Shown here in pieces: positions 7,838 to 12,815 of a DNA stretch of 12,815 nucleotides. The translations under genes and the position numbers were made by a program. Under the pieces are notes generated by a model, which was given only the letters and a program-made list of their open reading frames with translations, made no database searches and was not told where the DNA came from. Each line of letters opens with the position of its first letter. The first letter of the stretch is position 1. This DNA is from Candidatus Hadarchaeales archaeon (lineage in GTDB: Archaea; Hadarchaeota; Hadarchaeia; Hadarchaeales; Hadarchaeaceae). The stretch spans positions 1 through 12,815 of the forward strand of contig JAWCLG010000020.1 of assembly GCA_038851075.1 (NCBI GenBank), given 5' to 3'.

Positions 7838-8027
7838 ATCCGCCGCGGACAACCCGAGCAAGAAGATCGGGCGGGGAGTACTGCCAAGTCGCGCTCCAAC
7901 ATAATCGAGGTCGTGCCTGCTGAGCAGGATCTTCTTCTGGAGTCCTTTCTCGGAAAATCGCAAGCCCGATAAAAACAAGCCAAAAACGAAGTTAACAGGC
8001 CTCAAGATGATGGCAAACTTAAACATT

Positions 8028-8140
8028 ACCCCCCACATAAAGTTTCCTTTAGGGCGGGCTTGATGGCATGCTGAGTTTCTCGCTTTAGTCAGTTCCGCCT
8101 CCATAGACCATGGATAAAGGAGGCGGTAAAACGTGCCTCA
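8028..8140 (+). ncRNA. Candidate structured non-coding RNA in the IS110 left end (bridge-RNA-like)
   Basis: Nested stems: TAAAG/CTTTA (8038-8051), TGA-T-GGCATG/CGTGCC-TCA (8061-8140), CTGA/TCAG (8071-8092) and CCGCCTCC/GGAGGCGG (8095-8126). They lie immediately upstream of the recombinase RBS. Confidence 0.35.
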
Positions 8141-8155
8141 GGAGGTGAGAAGGAA

Positions 8156-8413
8156 ATGAAGCATGTCGGCCTGGATGTCCACAGGCAGGCATGTCATGCA
8201 ACGGTGATGGACGAAACCGGGCGAATAGAGAGGCAGGAGCGGTTCAAGAATTCACGGAGGGAGTACGAGCGGTTCTCCAGAGACATCCCGGAGGCCAGGG
8301 TCGCAATGGAGGCGAGCTGCTGCTGGCAGCCCGTGTACGAGCTGCTCGGGCGGGCTGGTCACAGCGTGAAGCTGGCCCACCCAAAGCGCACCTACTTAAG
8401 CAATATTTCCTAA
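8156..8413 (+). pseudogene. Truncated IS110-family transposase/recombinase (N-terminal DEDD RuvC-like fragment)
   Basis: HVGLDVH (D7), VAMEAS (E52), WQPVYELL and VKLAHP match the IS110 N-terminus. Strong RBS GGAGGTGA at 8141-8148. Similarity and high GC stop abruptly near 8392, far short of a full-length enzyme. Confidence 0.85.
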
Positions 8414-8419
8414 ATTTTG

Positions 8420-8481
8420 GCATATATGCTATTTTATTCAAAAATGCTATCATAATAGCAAACTTTTTAAATATTTGCTAT
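8420..8481 (+). promoter_or_regulatory. AT-rich promoter of the ATPase gene with repeated TGCTAT half-sites
   Basis: TTTAAATA at 8466-8473, about 26-33 nt before ATG 8499. TGCTAT at 8427, 8445 and 8476; ATAGCA at 8455. Confidence 0.55.
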
Positions 8482-8498
8482 AATGGTGGGATGGTTGC

Positions 8499-9830
8499 AT
8501 GTCCGTCCCAACCCTAGATGATATCAAGGATTACAACCCATGGCACGTTGGCGAAAATTTTGAGGTCCCGCCGCTTAAAAGAGATGCATATGCGACGATC
8601 AAAAATGCCGTTGAGAGGAGAAAGTTCATCGTGGGCATAGTGGGGCTGAGGCGTATCGGAAAAACCGTGATGATGAAGCAGATTGGGAACGAACTCGACG
8701 GGGACAGGTTCTTTTTTTCTTTCGAGGAGGACAGGTTCGCCAACTATGAATCGCTGAAATTCGTGATAGATACCTTTTTAAGGATGGGCGAAAAGCCGAC
8801 GATATTCCTGGACGAGATTGGGAGAATTCAAGGATGGGCGGGCCTGCTCAAGAAATACCATGACTTGGGAATGGCCCGTTTTGTGATCTCCGGGTCTTCA
8901 TCGCTCCACATAACAAGGGGGAAGGAAAGCCTGGCGGGGAGACTGATGGAGTACGTTCTGCCCCCCTGGCAGTTCAATGAGTTCCTCAAGCTGAGCGGAT
9001 TCAACAACGTCGAGATGTACACCCTCCACTTGGATCGTATCGAATCCATATACTTAAGATGGAAAAATACCGGCGTTGACCACACGGGCGACTTTTTAAG
9101 AAGGGGGAGTTTTCCTGAGCTTGGGGGTATTCAGGATGACCGTGAAATAAAAAAATACGTTAAAAATACCACGGTTGAGAAAATCGTCTTCGACGACATC
9201 CCATCGATATTCCCGGTTGAGGACAAGAGCAAGCTTTACGATGTTATGTGCTACGTCGCCAGGGAGAGCGGGTGCCTGTTCAAGCCATCACACCTCGGAG
9301 AAGCCCTCGAGATCTCAAAGGATACTGTAAAGAAATACCTATTCTACCTCCACCACTCATACTTGGCAGAACTCCTGCCGGTTGAGGGCAGCACGATAAA
9401 GAGCTTCAGAAGGCCCAAGAAGGTGTACGCCTCATGCGCCCCGATCTCCTACTCCCTTTCTGATCAGTACAATGAAGCTAGGCTGGTGGAAACCGCGGTG
9501 GCCGACAAGATGAAGAACTGCCTGGCGCAGGGCGGGGAAGTATTTTTCTTCAGGGACGCCCAGAAGCACGAGGTGGACTTCACGGGCCCGCTGGTGGTCG
9601 AGTGCAAGTGGAAAACCACAATCACAGGCGATGACCTGCGCCCGCTCCTTTACTACATGAAAAAGAGAAACGTGAGGAGCTCTATAGTTGTCGGGAAGGA
9701 ATTCGAGGTGAGAAAGTACGGTGGAAGAGAGATATACGTCTTACCTCTGGCGCTTTTCCTCCTCCTCAAACCTCCAGCGAACACAAGTTCATCGAAGCCC
9801 ACTATTAATAGAAATAGTGTAGATTGTTGA
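8499..9830 (+). CDS. COG1373-type ATPase (AAA_14 plus DUF4143-like C-terminus with HTH and PD-(D/E)xK-like motif)
   Basis: YNPW start, Walker A GLRRIGKT, Walker B IFLDEIG, ISGSSS, ESLAGR and GSFPE motifs. HTH-like LGEALEISKDTVKKYL, and C-terminal EVDF...VECKW. Confidence 0.9.
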   Translation: MSVPTLDDIKDYNPWHVGENFEVPPLKRDAYATIKNAVERRKFIVGIVGLRRIGKTVMMKQIGNELDGDRFFFSFEEDRFANYESLKFVIDTFLRMGEKPTIFLDEIGRIQGWAGLLKKYHDLGMARFVISGSSSLHITRGKESLAGRLMEYVLPPWQFNEFLKLSGFNNVEMYTLHLDRIESIYLRWKNTGVDHTGDFLRRGSFPELGGIQDDREIKKYVKNTTVEKIVFDDIPSIFPVEDKSKLYDVMCYVARESGCLFKPSHLGEALEISKDTVKKYLFYLHHSYLAELLPVEGSTIKSFRRPKKVYASCAPISYSLSDQYNEARLVETAVADKMKNCLAQGGEVFFFRDAQKHEVDFTGPLVVECKWKTTITGDDLRPLLYYMKKRNVRSSIVVGKEFEVRKYGGREIYVLPLALFLLLKPPANTSSSKPTINRNSVDC

Positions 9831-9834
9831 TGCT

Positions 9835-10974
9835 ATGAGGATAGCCTACGTCCACGATGCGGTTTACCCTTTCGTGAAGGGCGGCGCGGAGAGGCGGATG
9901 TACGAGCTCTCCAGGAGGCTGGCGAAGCGCGGGCACGAGGTCCATGTCTTCGGGATGAGGTGGTGGGGCGAGGAGCCCGAGATCGAGCGGGAAGGAGTGC
10001 ACCTTCACGGGGTATGCAGGGCCATGCCGCTCTACTCCAGGGGAAGGAGGTCGATCAGGGCGGCTTTGGCGTTTGCGATGAGCGTCCTGCCCCATCTCAC
10101 AAGGGAAAAATTTGACGTCATAGACTGCTACCAGGCACCATACCTTCACGCGTTTCCGGCTAAGGCAGCGGCGGCTCTCAGGGGGACACCCCTACTGATC
10201 ACGTGGCATGAGGTCTGGCGCGGATACTGGGGAGAGTACCTGGGAGGACTGGGGGTTGTGGGGAGGGTCATGGAAAAGGCAATTCTGCTTGGGATGGCAG
10301 ACAGGGTCATAGCGGTATCTGATCAGACGAAGGACGATCTGATCTCCCTCGGGGTCAACGCTGAAAGGATAAGCATTGTCCCGAACGGAATTGATCTCGA
10401 GGAGATATCTAAAATGCCGCCCTCTGCCGAGAGGCTCGATGTGGTTTACCTGGGACGGTTGATCAGGCCTAAAAACGTGGACGTGCTGCTCAGAGCAGTT
10501 GCCATCCTCAAGAGGGAATTTCCCGGGCTGAGGGTGGGGATAATAGGGGACGGACCGGAAAGGAACTTCCTCGAGAATCTAGCTAGGGAGCTAGCAATCG
10601 ACAAAAACGTGAAGTTCTTCGGGTTCGTGGAGAGATACGAGGACGTGATAGCCCTCATGAAATCCTCAAAGGTATTCGTTATCCCGTCAACACAGGAGGG
10701 GGGTGCGAGCATAGTGACCCAGGAGGCCTACGCCTGCGGACTTCCTGTCATTGCGGTGGACCATCCCCTAGGCATAGACAAAAGATTGATCTTGGAGGGA
10801 GAGACCGGATTTTTCGTGAAGCTGTCGCCAGAAGCTATAGCGGGTAAGATTAAATTGCTAATGGAGGACGAAGAACTCAGGACCAGGATGAGCGCAGACG
10901 CATTAGAGTTCTCAGTAAATTACGACTGGGGGAAAATAGCCAGTATGGTTGAAAATGTGTATTCCAGAATATGA
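9835..10974 (+). CDS. Glycosyltransferase family 4 (GT-B, retaining)
   Basis: KGGAERR, GHEVHV, TWHE, IAVS, VPNGID, GRLIRPKNV, IIGDGP and PSTQEG...EAYACGLPVI motifs. Confidence 0.93.
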   Translation: MRIAYVHDAVYPFVKGGAERRMYELSRRLAKRGHEVHVFGMRWWGEEPEIEREGVHLHGVCRAMPLYSRGRRSIRAALAFAMSVLPHLTREKFDVIDCYQAPYLHAFPAKAAAALRGTPLLITWHEVWRGYWGEYLGGLGVVGRVMEKAILLGMADRVIAVSDQTKDDLISLGVNAERISIVPNGIDLEEISKMPPSAERLDVVYLGRLIRPKNVDVLLRAVAILKREFPGLRVGIIGDGPERNFLENLARELAIDKNVKFFGFVERYEDVIALMKSSKVFVIPSTQEGGASIVTQEAYACGLPVIAVDHPLGIDKRLILEGETGFFVKLSPEAIAGKIKLLMEDEELRTRMSADALEFSVNYDWGKIASMVENVYSRI

Positions 10975-11050
10975 CCTTAGAAAAGTTTTTCGTCCTATCC
11001 CGGCTTCTTTTTACCCGCCCAGATGAGATTACCAATGGGGGGAACTTGGA

Positions 11051-12595
11051 ATGTCTGATGCCGAGAAATACGCAAAACGATTGACGAAAGGCAGTGGAAT
11101 GATATTTGGGGCCTTGGTGATATCCGGCATCACCGGTCTTGGTTTGCGCATGTTTTTAACCAGAACTTTCACGCTTTCTGATTATGGGCTACTTTATCTC
11201 GTTTTTTCTTGGATTTCTTTCTTCACAATTTTCAGGGACCTTGGGCTCAACTCAGCGCTGAGCAGATTTATCCCGGAGTTTATGGCAAAAAATGAGTTCG
11301 GCAGGATAAAATCGCTGATTCTGCTTGTAACCGGTATCCAAGTTCTTGTAACACTTCCGGTCGCTATTTTCCTGATGGTGTTTTCGGATCAGATCGCGGT
11401 TGTCATGACCGGAACGGCATCGGCCTCATTTATTATTAAGATATTTACCATGTGGTTTTTCCTCATGCTATTTTTTCACGTGTTCAGGTCTGCCTTTCAG
11501 GGTTTTCAAGACCATGTTCCATACTCCGCAATGGAAATACTCTATATTACGCTTACATTCTGTTCAGTATTCATTTTCGTCGTCTGGCTTGGGATGGGAA
11601 TCAATGGGGCCGCGCTGGGATATCTCTCAGCCGTGCCAATACTTATCACGGTATGGCTCGTGCTTTTCTACAAAAGACATAAAAATGTCTTTAAAGCGGC
11701 CCCCCTTTTTGAAAGGGAAGTGACCAGCAGAGTTCTGCGGTATTCGCTGTTCATTTTTATCGGGGGCCTAGGAGGTGTAGTTCTTGGATACATGGACACT
11801 ATTATGATAGGTATGTTCCGAACAACTGCCGAGGTCGGCCTGTATCAGGCGGCACAGCCGATAACCGCCCTCATCTCATACTTCCCGGCCGCTCTGGGAA
11901 TAGTGCTCCTGCCGATGATCTCCGAGATATGGGCCAAAAATAGGAGGGAGACGCTTTCCCGAGCCCTCCACTCAATCCTGAAATTCTCATCGTTGATAAT
12001 CGTCCCAGCGGTTTTTGTGCTTATAGCCTTCCCTGACGTTGCCCTTCGATCCCTCTTTGGATCCGAATACGTTCTAGCCTCAGTAGCTCTTCAGATATTG
12101 ACATTTGCTTTGGTTCTAAACACGCTTCTCGCGGTCCTACAGCAGGTTGCGGCAGGAATCGAGCAACCGATGCTCACAACCTTGACCGTGCTCTGCATGA
12201 GTAGTATGAATCTTGTGGGAAACCTGATACTGATACCGCCTTATGGTATCGTCGGGGCCGCCGTGACAACTTTAGCCTCTTTGATCTTCGGTCTGGCCCT
12301 GCTATCCCTGCTTTTGAGAAAATTTGTTAAATTCGCAATTCCCGTGGTCCCGATCCTCAAAATGTTAATCGCAGGAATTTTTACCACAGCCACGATAATG
12401 TTTATGAAATCGGTCATAAACATAAATCCCTGGTGGCTGGAGGCGCTTGTTATTGTGCCACCGTCTCTGATCCTCTACTGCGTGATCGTTTTAACGACCA
12501 AGGTTCTCTCGCCAAAGGACCTGGTGCTTCTGGGCAAGGTCGTGCCGCTACCTGGGAAGATTTTTAGAATTATGGAGAGGATGGCTGGAAAATAG
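11051..12595 (+). CDS. Wzx/MOP-family oligosaccharide flippase
   Basis: 514 aa with many hydrophobic segments. DYGL, DLGLNSALSRF, MDTIMIG, EVGLYQAA, LLPMIS and LIPPYGIVGAA motifs. Confidence 0.92.
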   Translation: MSDAEKYAKRLTKGSGMIFGALVISGITGLGLRMFLTRTFTLSDYGLLYLVFSWISFFTIFRDLGLNSALSRFIPEFMAKNEFGRIKSLILLVTGIQVLVTLPVAIFLMVFSDQIAVVMTGTASASFIIKIFTMWFFLMLFFHVFRSAFQGFQDHVPYSAMEILYITLTFCSVFIFVVWLGMGINGAALGYLSAVPILITVWLVLFYKRHKNVFKAAPLFEREVTSRVLRYSLFIFIGGLGGVVLGYMDTIMIGMFRTTAEVGLYQAAQPITALISYFPAALGIVLLPMISEIWAKNRRETLSRALHSILKFSSLIIVPAVFVLIAFPDVALRSLFGSEYVLASVALQILTFALVLNTLLAVLQQVAAGIEQPMLTTLTVLCMSSMNLVGNLILIPPYGIVGAAVTTLASLIFGLALLSLLLRKFVKFAIPVVPILKMLIAGIFTTATIMFMKSVININPWWLEALVIVPPSLILYCVIVLTTKVLSPKDLVLLGKVVPLPGKIFRIMERMAGK

Positions 12596-12596
12596 A

Positions 12597-12815
12597 TTAT
12601 CTGAGTCCCATTTCCTTAGCTATCGCTTCCATATAGGCTTTGAAGTCTGGATGTGTAAGTGTTTTTTCAAGACTGCCTTCCCCAGCAGGAAAATCAGCTG
12701 CAAAAGAACATTCGAAAATCGCGGCGACGAAGTTAACGAGCTGTTCTTCGTCATGTTTATAATTCTCTAGGAGGTTGCGCAGGATATTTGGAAGTGAAGT
12801 TACATCCTTTACCTT
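12597..12815 (-). CDS. 3' end of a convergent gene (72 aa visible), function not assignable
   Basis: Open frame from the window edge: KVKDVTSLPNILRNLLENYKHDEEQLVNFVAAIFECSF...EAIAKEMGLR-TAA. The stop lies 1 nt from the flippase stop. It is absent from the ORF track because its start is outside the window. Confidence 0.65.
   Translation of the reverse strand, partial: KVKDVTSLPNILRNLLENYKHDEEQLVNFVAAIFECSFAADFPAGEGSLEKTLTHPDFKAYMEAIAKEMGLR

Noticed and set aside
7961-8062. 8-bp inverted repeat CAAGCCCG/CGGGCTTG as possible IS terminal repeats
   Set aside because: Both copies lie upstream of the transposase, classic IS110 elements lack terminal inverted repeats, and chance occurrence is plausible.
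7805-8104. Minus-strand 99-aa ORF, and a plus-strand ADNPSKKIG fragment reminiscent of an acetyltransferase C-terminus
   Set aside because: Too short and weak to support a gene or pseudogene call without a search.
1-12815. CRISPR array, tRNA or rRNA genes
   Set aside because: No regularly spaced direct repeats, cloverleaf/T-loop signature or rRNA-like sequence was seen.

Overview
This window looks archaeal (TATA-box promoters, GGAGGTGA-type ribosome sites, leaderless starts) and is an accessory surface-glycosylation region. From left to right: a possible surface-protein gene interrupted by an in-frame TAG, a convergent 651-aa secreted multidomain protein, a wHTH-MNT/HEPN toxin-antitoxin pair with a palindromic operator, and a hairpin-rich 400-bp spacer. 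Next come a DegT-family sugar aminotransferase carrying a 443-aa LAGLIDADG intein three residues after its PLP lysine, and a Gfo/Idh/MocA oxidoreductase. A truncated IS110 recombinase follows, with a structured upstream non-coding segment that is a candidate bridge-type RNA. The rest is a COG1373-type ATPase, a GT4 glycosyltransferase, a Wzx/MOP flippase and the 3' end of a convergent gene. The most notable signal is the intein in the sugar aminotransferase. All calls come from reading motifs by eye; no searches were run.
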